DNA of 36,225 nucleotides from the NCBI RefSeq assembly GCF_000315625.1, contig NW_005434673.1, positions 1,346,818-1,383,042 of the forward strand, read 5' to 3'. The notes below the pieces were generated by a model. It did not search any database and was not told the origin of the DNA. It saw nothing but the letters and a program-made list of their open reading frames with translations. A program made the position numbers and the translations under genes. Shown in pieces: positions 10,334-21,969 of the stretch. This DNA comes from Guillardia theta CCMP2712 (Eukaryota > Protista > Cryptophyta). Each line of letters starts with the position of its first letter. Position 1 is the stretch's first letter.

Positions 10334-12805
10334 ATGGGCGGTTCTTCTAGAAGACGAGCGGCAGCCCTGGTTGGCAAACAAGGAAGGGATGTGGCGGTTC
10401 ACCAGAAGTCAACTTCCCCATCCAAGGCCTCTACTAGCGCAGGGTCCTCGGAGAGCGGAGACTCGCAGAGCAAGTCCTCAGCTCTCGTGGATGGCTTTGC
10501 GCTGTTTGCTCTCGCGATCCAGGATCACCTGCGGTCGAAGCTCAAGGCCACTGCTGGAGGAGATGGAGTGCCCGATGAAGCTGTGTACAAGGAACTTAGA
10601 CGCTTGTGGAAGGAAATGGGCGAGAATCAAAGATTGGAGTGGCAGAGTCAGGCGGCAATGGTGCCACCTACACAATCGCAAGACAGCAGCTCGCTGAACG
10701 AGGATGAGGATGACTCGTCGCAGGACTCCTCGGGTGCTTCCTTATCGGCCAAGGCAGATACCAAGAGCGAGGCATCGGAAGAGGTTTCCGACAAGAATTC
10801 AGAAGCAGCGAAGGCTGCTGCCAACAACGATGTGAAGGGAAGTGACAACGTACAAGTTGCGGCAGCTCCACCTCAGCTGCCCAAGATCTCTACCATCGAA
10901 GAAGGCCTACAAGGGCAAGGATGCATCGCGGTGGGACAGCTGACCAACTCTGCGGACGTCGCGAGTATGGCTGGGAAGACCGAGGGTTTTGGAAGCGTCG
11001 AAGGTCAACGCAGGCTACCGGACATCGAGCAAGTTGTGCGTGGGGAGATGATGAGCAATCTCATACATACTCTCGCAAGCAACAATGGCCGGCCCGTGGG
11101 TCTGGATGCCCGTCTGTCGGGGCTGATGCACATGAACAATGGATGTCAGTCGCAGTGCCCTCAGAGAGATGAATTATTCTTTCCGCAGACGACGCAGGCG
11201 GCTGCAAACATGAGCAACATGCTGCTGGATTCAAGATTCCTGCAGCAGTCGCAGATGAATCGGTTCTACAACACGGGACTGCTCCCTGGGCCGTTCCAGG
11301 ACAGCAAACCTCTCCCTTCCATGATGCTTCCTTCAGCCAACGTGTTCATGTCGCGAAATTCCTTGGGACAAGGGAGCTCTGATCCTTCCTTCTCCTCCTT
11401 CGCAGCTGGGCAGCAACTGGCGGCGTCTCAAGCCATGGGCTCGCCACACTCCTTCCCTGTTTACATGCCTTTCTCCATGAACGCAGACAAGGGTCTAAAC
11501 GGAAATGCGATGGGGAGGATAAGTGGGGGGATGAACATGCAGGCCCAGGGGCCGAGCAGGATGATGGCTGGGGGCTGGCAGGGGAGGGAGGAGTACAAGG
11601 CGATGCCTTACTCGCTCAAACGAGGAGCAGACGGCAAGTCCCGGCAGCCCGTCATGCAGGGGCCGCGGCCGCAACCGGAACCGCCGCAAGTGAGGACGAT
11701 GACGTTTGTGTGCGACCTGTTTTCGCCCTACGAGGGTCAGATCTCCCTCCAAGTGCTGGCGGAACAGTGTAAGATCGTGGACTCGGGCTTCGGCATCGTC
11801 GGGCTGTCCTGCCAGCTGTCGACGCCTGAGGGAGCGAAGGTGGTGAAACGAGGGCAAGTGAAGGACGCAAGGAGACACTTCGCGTACGTGCATGAGAGGA
11901 TGGGAGACGGTGGCAACTGACTTTGACCGCAGGCATCAGGCCCAGCTACGGTTGTCCCTCGCCAGCTCCCCCAACCTCAGCGTGAAAGTTTTCTCTACTG
12001 GTCGCCTTCAGATCGCCGGCTGTCACGACGAGACGTCCTGCATGGAGGCAGTCAGGATCGTCGCGCACGCGCTCAACGATATCTTTGAGCGATCGCCTTC
12101 CATCATGAAGCGCCAGGTCAAGGCTGGCCAGGACCCAGCTGGGGTCAAGCTGGATGGGAAGATCGACATCAACAAGCTCCCTCTCCCCAAGATTGTGATG
12201 ATTAACTGCTCCTTCGACTCGGTAAGATTCTTACTTCTCCCCCTACCTCTCCTCCTCAGCCTCATCTCAAGACGATCACGATACTGTTTTCCTAAACCTC
12301 ATCCGTTATCCTGTAGGGCATGGCAGCGCTTGGTTACGGATTGGACCCGCACAAGCTGACTGAGCTGCTTCACAAAGTGCAGGAGAGCAGCGCGAGTGTG
12401 GAGGAGGTTTCCTACAACCCAGACCAGGTACATCTACATCTTGTTGTAACTCTCCTCTCCTTCCTCCTCCACCTCGTCCATCTCTCTCCCCCTTGTCTCG
12501 TCCTCTCCCCTGATTTCCAAGTTTCACTTTGTCTGTAGCGCTACACTGGAGTCAAGGTCAAGTTCAAGCCTACGGTGGTTGGAGCCAACGGGCAGAAGGC
12601 GGCGCTGTCGGATCGAGAGATCTTCATTGGGATGTTCCCATCCGGCAAGGCAGTGATCACGGGGGCAGTGCGGTGGGAGGAAGTGAGCGAAACGTACGAG
12701 TTTGCCAAGTCAATCTTGTGCGATAACTTCGACCTCCTCCGGGTGCCCCTGTCGCAGTCCGAAGTCTCGTCGAGGAAGAAGCAGCGCAAGGCTGGACCAG
12801 GTTGA
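10334..12805 (+). CDS. HMG-box + low-complexity linker + TATA-binding-protein-like (NCLDV-type) fusion protein, ~738 aa
   Basis: Exons 10334-11883, 11933-12221, 12317-12427 and 12539-12805 are joined by GT-AG introns, all in phase. N-terminal HMG-like segment: DGFALFALAIQDHLRSKLK...VYKELRRLWKEMGENQRLEWQSQA. C-terminal two-repeat TBP fold: VRTMTFVCDL...HFAHQAQLRL...NLSVKVFSTGRLQIAGC and IVMINCSFD...YNPDQRYTGVKVKF...IGMFPSGKAVITGA...YEFAKSIL. It ends in RKKQRK. Confidence 0.85.
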
Positions 12806-13106
12806 GGAGGAGGAGAGGAGGAGGAGAAGGCGGGTATTCGTGTACATGATGTGATCCTAGTGTATAGCTCAAGTGTTGCAATTTGTTCATCCAGCCATGT
12901 GTCATAGCATTAAATCAAAGAACTCCTTCTTGTTTCCCCGTCTTCTTTGTTGTCCCCCTCCTCATCTTCCGCCTTCTCCTCCTCCTCATCATCTCAACGC
13001 TGTCTCTTCCCCGTGTTTTCTTGCTCCTGCAATCACTGTCTCGTTGGTTCTCCTGCCTGATCGAGCCAGCCGCTTTCATACACTCATTGATCGTTGGTCC
13101 CTTCCG

Positions 13107-14968
13107 CTACTCTTCCTCCTCTAGCGTATGTCGAACGTATTTCTTCCGCAGCTCCTCGATGTTCTTGATCGTCACCTGCTCCAGATTCTTTCTGTTCTTC
13201 CGCAGCTTCACAACCTGCCAACAACATCTCAGTCTCCTTACTCCCCTCCCCCCTCTCCCTCCTCCTTCGCTTCTCTTCGCGTTTTCTTTTTCTCACGTCA
13301 GACGGGGACATGGTCTGCTGCTTCCTTGTCTTCCTCAGAGACAGGACGATGCTCAAGGCCGTTCCCTGCGACACGTCAGGCCTCGTCGAGAGAAGTGCGC
13401 GGAACCAGGAGGAGGAGGATGGCAAAAGGAATCCCGCCAGCAGCCTGCGTGATGATGAGAGCGAGCAAACGGGGGGGAGGGAGAGAGGGAGGGAGAGAGG
13501 GAGGGAGAGAGGGAGGGAGGGAGGGAGGGAGAGGAGGGAGAAGAGGGAGAGGAGGGAGATAGTAGGCAGGGAAGGGAAGGGAAGGGAGGGAACAGCACCT
13601 TAAACGCCATGCAGTAGAAATTTTTGCGCGCCTGCCACAAAGTTGAGATCAGGCGTATAGCAGGAAGATCGGGGAAGGAGGATGAGGGGAGCGAGGATGT
13701 AGAGCAGGAGACGTGGCATTAGAGTAGTGTCAGTTGAGCGGGAGGGGAGGGGAAGGAGGGGCCGGTGGATGGTGGGGAGGAAGGGGGGGAAGCAGATAAA
13801 GGAGGACGAGGAGCAGGAGTTGACCGGAAGTCGCTCCTCTTCTATTGTGTTGTCTGCATATGTCCACTCGATCGTTCGCCCGTGCTGAAGTGAAACGTCA
13901 TGGGGAGCGAGTGAGAGACGGAGGAAGTTTGGATGACATTCGGAGGAGGGAAGGGGAGGTTGGAGCTCGTAGGAGAACGAGGAATGAAGGAGGGAGAGGG
14001 CAGGGAGGGAGGGCAAGGAGGAACGAGAGGGAAAGCAAAGGGCCAAGTGAAGATAGCAAGGAATTTAGCAGAGTAACAAGCAAGAGAGGACGAGAACGAG
14101 GACCAAGAAGATTAAAAGGAAGGATGGATGGGAGGGAGGGGAGAGGGAGGGAGGGAAGAAGGAAGAAGGCAGGAAACGGGAGGGGAGGAGGAGGAAGGGA
14201 GGAGACGAGAGGAAGGGAGAAGAGGAAGGGAGGGAGGAGGATATCAAGCAGGGGCAGGGAAGGAGGTGCGGCGGGGAGGAGGAAGTAGAGGGGCNNNNNN
14301 NNNNNNNNNNNNNNNNNNNNNNNNNNNNNNNNNNNNNNNNNNNNNNNNNNNNNNNNNNNNNNNNNNNNNNNNNNNNNNNNNNNNNNNNNNNNNNCCTCCT
14401 CCTCTCCTCTCCTCCTCCTCTCCTCCTCCTCTCCTCTCCTCTCCTTTCTCTCGTCCTTTTCCCCCTCCAGATCCTCCTTCCTCCCCTCCTCCCCCTCCCC
14501 TTCGCGCGATCTCTCTCTCTCTTCTCCCCCCCTCGATTCTCATGCTCTCTCACCGCAGCTCGTCGAAGCCACGGAAACGCGCTGCTCGTCTGCCTTCCTT
14601 TCCATCGCGCTCGTTTACCTCCTTTGCGTATGAGACAGAACCCGGCTGTCTCCATGGCGACGCTCTCGACCTGCACCTTCTCTCCCACATACCAGTTGAC
14701 CTGGACGAGCTCGTCACATGACGAGGACGGTCATAAGGACGCCATGGCATCAACGGCTGGAGCACGATTGTAGTGGAGGAGGAAGCGGTGGAGAGAGACG
14801 CTCGAGGAGGAAGGCGCGAGGTCGCAGGTGAGAGGTCAACAACGCAAGCAGGTGACTTACGAACGATGACTTCCCCGCTGAGTGGTTGCCGATGAGGAGA
14901 CAGGTGGTCCGATCCTTTCCGAGGTCTGCCCCATCCTCTTCATCGCTTCCATGGTCCTCCTTCGACAT
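13107..14968 (-). CDS. P-loop GTPase (dynamin/EHD-like, GNHSAGKSSF-NWY type) with a C-terminal hydrophobic segment; interrupted by an assembly gap
   Basis: Exon 14861-14968 gives TCLLIGNHSAGKSSF (Walker A), and exon 14554-14700 gives VNWYVGEKVQVESVAMETAGFCLIRKG. Small downstream exons (ARKNFYCMAFK, AAGGIPFAILLLLVP) end in VVKLRKNRKNLEQ...HTLEEEE* at 13107. The middle of the gene falls in the N gap, so linkage of the two halves is inferred. Confidence 0.65.
14295..14394. other. Assembly gap (100 N)
   Basis: Run of N flanked by GA/CT low-complexity intron sequence. Confidence 0.99.
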
Positions 14969-15588
14969 ATCGCCGCCGACTCTTTGCCTCGCATCCTATG
15001 GACGAGGTGAGAGGAGGGGCGGGAGGAGCATGAGACTATCTTTGTCCCTCTTACCTGAAGCTCTTTCCTCATCCTCTCCCTCTCTTCCTTCATCTTCCCC
15101 ACCTCCTCCCACCATGCTTCTTCGCCCATGCTGTGTGTGCCCAATTTCCCAACCTCACCCCCCTCAATTCGTTACCTACCCAACCTTTTGACAAAAGTAT
15201 GACCCTACCCTGATAAATTCCTTTGAGATTTGTTCTGTGAAATTACTTTCGTACCCCTACTACAAGTACCCCTGGGATACCCACCCACCCTTATTCATCA
15301 TGACCCCTGCCGGCCTCCGTGCATGTGATGTCATGATCGGAAGGAAGCAATGACCAGCAAGACAAGATTGTATGACATGCAATGAGAACAAGAAGGAAAG
15401 ATCCAACAAACAAGCACAGTTCCAACAAACAAGCATAATTCCAACAGGACATCTGCTCTCTCTTCTTGTAGACCAACATATCTACAACCACCTCATTTCT
15501 TGACCTGCGATGAAAGAATTTAATAAAATTATGAATAGAGTCTATTTACACATCGATAAGAAGAGAAAGAGAGCATGAGGAAGGATTT

Positions 15589-16212
15589 TTATCTATCGAA
15601 TGAGGGATCATCTGTTGGTGCATATGATTTCGGCGGTGTTTCATCCAGCATAACATCATTGCCACCGACTTCACCTTGATCGTCTTTGGTCGCTTCGACC
15701 TCTGTCAGGTAATCTGATATCATGGCTTGAGCTTCTTCTATGCTCTTGAACACTTTGTCCACATCCTGACCAATTTCTCCACCCGTTTTTTCCAAATCCT
15801 TCCTCGCTTGCTCGAATTTTGCTTGTTCTCTTTCAAAGTTGTCCAGCAATGTTGCGTAATCTTCGGTGGTTTCATTCAAAAACTCTGAGAAGTTCTCTTG
15901 TATCGATCTCAATTCAAGCATCTCCTCGGTATAATTCTTCCACATTTGAAGCTCATCCAAGACACTTGTTGCCTCTCTTTTCACGCACAACTCCTTCTTC
16001 ATCTCTCGCAGCTCATTCTCCATCCTCTTCATCCATCCTCGAAGCTCTCTCGGCTTCATCCCCTCCACGAAGCCAGCTGAGCTTGCTGAGCTTGCTGGAA
16101 GAGGAATCTGATCAGGACTACGAAGAGAATGCGGAGAGTTCACGCCATCCTGTGCCGAAGGAGCCGACTGCATGAGCGCACAAGCGACCAGTAGCGCTCC
16201 CCATCTCGCCAT
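15589..16212 (-). CDS. Hypothetical secreted coiled-coil protein
   Basis: 207-aa ORF with a signal-peptide-like start (MARWGALLVACALMQSAPSA) and an E/K/L-rich heptad region. Confidence 0.65.
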   Translation of the reverse strand: MARWGALLVACALMQSAPSAQDGVNSPHSLRSPDQIPLPASSASSAGFVEGMKPRELRGWMKRMENELREMKKELCVKREATSVLDELQMWKNYTEEMLELRSIQENFSEFLNETTEDYATLLDNFEREQAKFEQARKDLEKTGGEIGQDVDKVFKSIEEAQAMISDYLTEVEATKDDQGEVGGNDVMLDETPPKSYAPTDDPSFDR

Positions 16213-16331
16213 TCCTTTCGAAAATCAAAAATAAAAACTTTTACGCATTCAAAAAACAAATAGCAGTTGAGGCGGACTCGATCAAGAAAAAAAACAAAAA
16301 AAGAATGGGGAATACATAATAGATTTCCCCC

Positions 16332-17778
16332 ATGGGCTGCGGGGAGTCCAAGGGGGGGGGATGGAGCGAACAAGATGCGGGGAAGCTGCGGGCAGCAGAG
16401 CAGACAGGCAGCTCTCTGTCCTTCATAGGAAGCTCTCTGATCATTATCACGTACCTCTCCTTTCCCTCCCTCCGAAAGTTCGCCTTCAAACTGGTACTTG
16501 CTGGGAGAGGGACATTGGATAAGGGCTGTGGAGGGAGGGTCATGGCTGTATGGTTGTCACTGACATGGTCAATCTGTGCGCAGGTAGCTTTCCTGTCACT
16601 GAGTGATGCCCTTGCTTCGTTTGGTGACTTCATTCAACCACACGAGGACTCTTGTGAGCGCGGAGGAAGTGGAAGATGTTCAACTTGTGCTGAGAGACTT
16701 TGGAATGTTGATCCTTTGATCTTGTTATTGATGTCGCATCAAGTGATCTTTCTCTTGTCTTGTATCTTCGGCAACCTACTTGTATCGTCGGTTTTCCTTG
16801 TGTATTTTTGAATTGCTGCATCGGCAGGTGGGGTGTGTCTACTGCAGTCGTTCATAGTTTCCATCTTCGACCTGTCGTCGGTCTTGTGGACTGCATGTAT
16901 CGCCCACTGTCTTGTCCGTGCGATCCGTTATCGGGATGGAGACGTCCAGCGTTACGAGATGAGGTAGAGATGCTGCGAGTATCCCGATCAGGCAATGACG
17001 ATGTTGAGCAGATACCACGCAATAGCATGGGGGATACCTTTTTTCCTTTTCCTCCTGCCCCTCTTCTCCAAGTCCTATGGTAAACAAGGTGTTGGTTGAC
17101 AGCTCGGGTCGATGTGACACCATGATGTTGTAGGGTATGAGTATGGTGCATGCTGGATCCTGTCAACAGCGCCTGTGTTGAGATTCGTGCAGGTTTCGAC
17201 GGCGTGTTCCCAATGTTGCAAACTGACTGGTCGGCAGTTCTACATCCCTCTCTGGATTGTGATAGGATACAACGTGTGGAACATAAGTACTCTCATCTTC
17301 CATCTCCGCGGACTCGTGTTGTCAACGCAGGATGATTCGCAGGTAGGTCTTTCTGCAATAGAGGCGTTGTGTGAGCTTGCGGCAGGCGAACACAGACCTC
17401 CAAGTGTTTTGGCGGCTCGCCTTGTACCCTGTCATCCTCATCATCTGCTGGTTCTTTGGCACTATGTAAGTTCTCTGTCTTCATTTCCTTCTTGTTCCTG
17501 TGTGACAGCGCTAACCTGCTGGAGACAGTAACAGGATCTACAACTCCCTGCATCCTGATGAGCCCATCTTCGCTCTCTACTTCCTGCACAAGTTCTTCGG
17601 CTCCATGCAGGGCTTCTTCAACTTTCTGGTCTACGGTATGAGCACAGCCGTGCGAGCGAAGCTCTATGAGGTCTTGTCTTGGACCCTCAGTCTTGTCGGT
17701 ATCAAACTCCGGGGGGCGAATTCCGAAGAGATGGAGCTTACCAAGTATTCCATCAGCCGTGAGGAGGGAGAGAGCTAG
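16332..17778 (+). CDS. Seven-transmembrane receptor, GCR1/Dictyostelium cAMP-receptor-like family
   Basis: Spliced segments: SSLSFIGSSLIIITYLSFPSLRKFAFKL-VAFLSLSDAL, FYIPLWIVIGYN, RLALYPVILIICWFFGT, NRIYNSL, HKFFGSMQGFFNFLVYG. These are typical GCR1/cAR motifs. Stop TAG at 17776-17778. Confidence 0.88.
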
Positions 17779-17802
17779 ACAGTCTGCTCGCTGTTCGCTT
17801 GT

Positions 17803-20480
17803 CTACCATGGCGTTGGGTCTTCGATCTCGTTCTCCTTGATGTTCCAGTTGTCAAGAGCCGCAAGCTTCTTCTCCTGCTGGACTTCCCATTCCTGCTTGG
17901 CTTTCTCTGATTCCTCAGGGATGTAACTTGAGATGAAGATCTTGAAGATTATCAGCAAGTGCTCGAGAACGGCTGTTGCCCACAGGCAGTCGACCTGTCG
18001 AACGGGTGGATCAAGAGGAGAATTGAGGGCAAGATCGAAGAAAACTCTTCATCAGAGACTTACGTCAGTCATCGTCGGGAAGTAGAAGTACAGAGAGAAG
18101 CTACAAACACCCACCACACCGGCGTTTGTGATGATGGAGAGGGTTGATAATGTGTCCAAGACAACTTGGTAAGAGCCTATGTCAGCAGCAGTAATCGCGT
18201 CCGGTCGTCGATTCTTGGTCAGCAGTTGAAGGGCCTGATAGACGATCAGCTCGGGGGTGTTGGGCAGGACAAGGTAAACGCGCCTTTGAACGAAGGTCAA
18301 CCAGCGACGATATCAGGCACACGAAGGACATGAAAGGAGACACGATGCCAAATAAGGAAATGTAGCCGAACTGGTACACCCTGTCCTTGTAAAAGTCGAT
18401 AACTGCACGGAGCGAAATGAAGTCAGTGAAATGAATATATCTGTTTCACCAGCCCACCTGGATTCGGGACCAGCCATTCATACTGCTCCTCCTGCGGAGT
18501 CAAGTGCACTTTCCCCTGATTTGCCGTGTTTGGACTGGCACAGCCAATTGTCAATGCCTTCCAAGGGATCTCAACGAAAACAAATCATCTCTTGTACCTG
18601 CGCAAGTTGTCGAAATACTTGTTGATCAGAGGAAACAAGTAGGCAACACTGGCCCCCCAGACCAGCTCCGTTGTGAGGATCGAGATATAGACGACTTCTA
18701 GAACAGGCATGCACTGCCAGTGTGGACATCGGCAAGGTCCTCCAAAGCAATCGACAAAGTTCACCCCAAACGCGATCATGATGAGCGCGAAATATTTGTT
18801 GAGGATTTTGAAGTAGAACGTCTTCATGATGATTGCATCCTCATGCTCTGTGAATGTCCTCCAGTTCTCTCTGGCAACAAGATATCTCATGAGCCCAGTC
18901 AGTTCCAGTTCAGCCACTCCGTCTAAAATCGAGTCGAACACAATGGATACCACCGAGAAACAGATCCCACACAGCATTCCCCCGAACAGAACGTCTCCAG
19001 GCCGCATCATCGGTAGAGCAAAGTCTTCCCAGATGATGAAGAACAGGATGACTGCGATCAGATTGAAAATCACGATGACTGTGAAAGTAACCAGCTGATC
19101 CCTTGCTCGACCTGTTGGAGGGAAATACGTGCCTTCATCGTAATAAAAGTCGTCAACCTCATCTGTGATCTCATTGACGTGTGTATCCTTCTCTGTGTTG
19201 TCATTCTCTTTGAATTCCTTCCTGATTTCTTCAAGATTTTCGAAATCCAGAGTATCCCACTTATACTTGAGCGAGCTTTCAAGGTTCTTCCAGAGCTGTG
19301 AGAACATGTTGGACCAAATTGCGATCACGACTGCAAAAACGACATTGTACGGATTGCTCAGATGCAATGAATCTCTGTAGAAGTTGTAGTCTTGAATAGT
19401 TATGTACAGGCCAATCAGAGCTGGTATCCACAGCATAGTGCAGTAATATCCCATCCATGTGAAGAATAGAGCAAGCTTTTCACCGAAATATTCGCGGACC
19501 AACTCGAGGGGCTGGGGTTTGATTAAAGCTCGCGCCCATTCATTCAGAAGCCGCAGCCTCATTCGATCATGATGCAAAGGAAAATAGGCGGCGACGATCG
19601 GCAGGCCGGGAACCGGATCTTCCTGCTGCAGCTTAGCAAAGGAGATCTGGTTCTGCGCGGCTTCGAACGGGTCGTCAACGCCATACGGCTCACTGTGACA
19701 AACCTCGTCATGATCTTCAGCTGCTGTGCGCTGCAGAACAACTCGAAGCCGTCAAGCGGCTTGTCGAACGCTTGCTTGCTCTCGATCTCTCTCGAGTATG
19801 CGCAAAGTGCCCCTCCATAGACCTCTTTCAGCCGCAACCGAATTCGTCGCTCCTCTGCCTCATACCTCAAAACTGTATCTGGTGCGCTGATCTTAACAAA
19901 CAGTAGCGTGTTGGATTTGTTCACAAATTGATCGACGTTTAAATTCAAGGCCCGCAGCTTTCCTATCACCCATTCTCTCTTCTGCTTGTAGTATGCCTGC
20001 TCTTCCGGAGGAGTCTCGTCTTCATCCGGAATGTTGAAAACGACACACTGAGCGGGGGGACCAAGGGAAGCCTGTTGTTACATGATCAAGTTCTGACACG
20101 ATCAACAGGGTTGCGATATGCTATGGAAGATTTATGAATAGTCAATCCAAGTGAAATAAATAGATCACGACAACATGTCATGGACGATTCCATTCAATCA
20201 GTGCAGTAATTACACGATCATACAGAAGAGAGAATTGATGTTGTGTGGCAGCAGGTAGAAAAATATGATCTATTTGACTCGCAGTGCACAGCAGCTACAA
20301 CAGCAGCAACAACTTGTGGTATCGAGTCAAGAGAGCATGGTTGTGGCCAACAAACATCGAGGCAACTGAGGGAGGAGCAGATAGTGTGAGAGGTACCGCA
20401 AGTAGAGCTGAGACACCATCGTCATCGTCGTCTTCTGTTCGATGCCGCGTCGCCTTCACCCGATCCTTCAGCGACGGCAT
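17803..20480 (-). CDS. Anoctamin/TMEM16 family Ca2+-activated chloride channel or lipid scramblase
   Basis: AAYFPLH, QPLELVREYFGEKLALFFTWMGYY, ENWRT..EHEDAIIMKTFYFKILNKYF, QFGYISLF, DLRSK-ALQLL..RRP...DIGSY, VLEHLLIIFK. Stop at 17803-17805. The start exon is inferred. Confidence 0.92.
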
Positions 20481-21300
20481 CCCGAACCGTCACCGCAGCA
20501 CCCTACCCCTCAATTTCATGTGTCCTCTTTGGTAGAAAAGGGGGGTCCCCCACCCCTGGATGTAGTGTACGGGGCTCTTTCAGTCATAATGAGGGGTATG
20601 TCTCATTTTTGCAAGGTTGCTGCTACCGTTCCGAGTTTCAATAAACGACGGTCTCGCCGTCCGCCCGGGGCCGGGAACGGCCTGGTCCGCCGGAGTCCAC
20701 TGACTCGAAGGTATCACTGAGTTAAGTTTGGGGTACAGCAGTTGGCCAGGATTGGGTTTGATTCTCGCTGTCTTTGCTTCAAAGTTAAATTACAACTTGA
20801 TCAGTACCGTAGCCTAGTAGGACAATCAGGAGCTTTGCTCTTCTCGCCGTTTGGCCTGCCAGTGCGTGACACGGTCCTCAGTGGTACTGATTTTTGACTT
20901 ACTTTTGAGCAAAAAGGTCCGGCCCAGTCCGAGCCGATCCTCCGCCCCGGGCCCGCCTGGGCCTCGGAGTGTCTCGGAGTCGGACGGCCACCGCGGCCCC
21001 CCGGGCCCCCGGCCGCGCGGTGGCGGGGCCGCTCAGCCGAGTCCTGAGGCTCGCCCGGCCCGGACTCGGGACACTGACAAGCGGCCGGGCTCGCCGGACG
21101 TCAGGCCGGACCGTACGGCGTCAGTTGAAGTGGGCACTGAGGGGATGCGGCACAAGGAGGCTGACAAAGGAGGGTGAATTTTTAAGGACAGCAGTGGAGG
21201 GGGAGCAAGGTAACACGAACGACCAGCTGAGGAGGGAGGAGAGCGAGAAGTAGGCAGGTCACCTCATAGATCCACCGTCTCTGCTTCTAGCTCGACAGGG

Positions 21301-21834
21301 ATGAAGTTTTCAAACCATTTCTTTAAGGTTTGACCCTGCCAAGTGTCGCTGCTGCGCATGATGACACACGTTGCTTACTTCAGGTCGGACTCCCTTTCTT
21401 CTCTTTCATGGTCTTGGGCTCCTTCGGCCTCCAGCAGGGACTCAAATCGAAGTATTTGGACTATGACAGGCGGACCAAGGGATCAAGTACGGAGGACCCC
21501 AACGCTATCCTCGAGGTGAACGGGAACTGCGCAAGCCTACGGCCTGTTGGTTGATCTGTGCTGCAGCAAATCAACAGCACCCAACTAGAAAAAGAGTTTG
21601 AGATGAAGGCCGTTCCAGGCAAGATCCAGTCTACGCATGAATCTGCGGATTTGTTGTACCTGAGGAAGGAGTTGGAGAGCCTGCGAGAGTCAGAGGTAAG
21701 TTTGCGCAGCGTGCGATGATAGAATACTTATGGGATGAACGCAGAAATGGACGGGAATTCCTCTTGACAAGCAGAAGCAAGAAGTCAAACAAAAGATCAG
21801 AGCCCTGAAAAGGAGGGGTTTCCTTCCCTTCTAA
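21301..21834 (+). CDS. COX16: Cytochrome c oxidase assembly protein COX16-like
   Basis: Four exons give MKFSNHFFK-VGLPFFSFMVLGSFGLQQ..., matching the COX16 signature FGLPFxxxxVxGSFGL, and end in KIRALKRRGFLPF*. Confidence 0.65.
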
Positions 21835-21969
21835 GTTTCTCATGTTGCGTGAAACAAAACTAATGCCGAAAACAACAAATGGAAGAAGCTTCTACTGGAA
21901 TGGAAGAAGCTTCTACCCTTCCGAACGAAACTCTTAGATGTTGTCTTCTTCTTTACTTGTAACAGAACC

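Noticed and set aside
30-12805. Functional link between RPC1 and the TBP-like gene
   Set aside because: They are 9.5 kb apart with unrelated sequence between, and there is no evidence beyond proximity.
14200-14520. Purine-to-pyrimidine strand switch across the N gap suggesting a misjoin
   Set aside because: Minus-strand exons on both sides have a consistent orientation and intron polarity can explain the switch. It cannot be resolved from the sequence alone.
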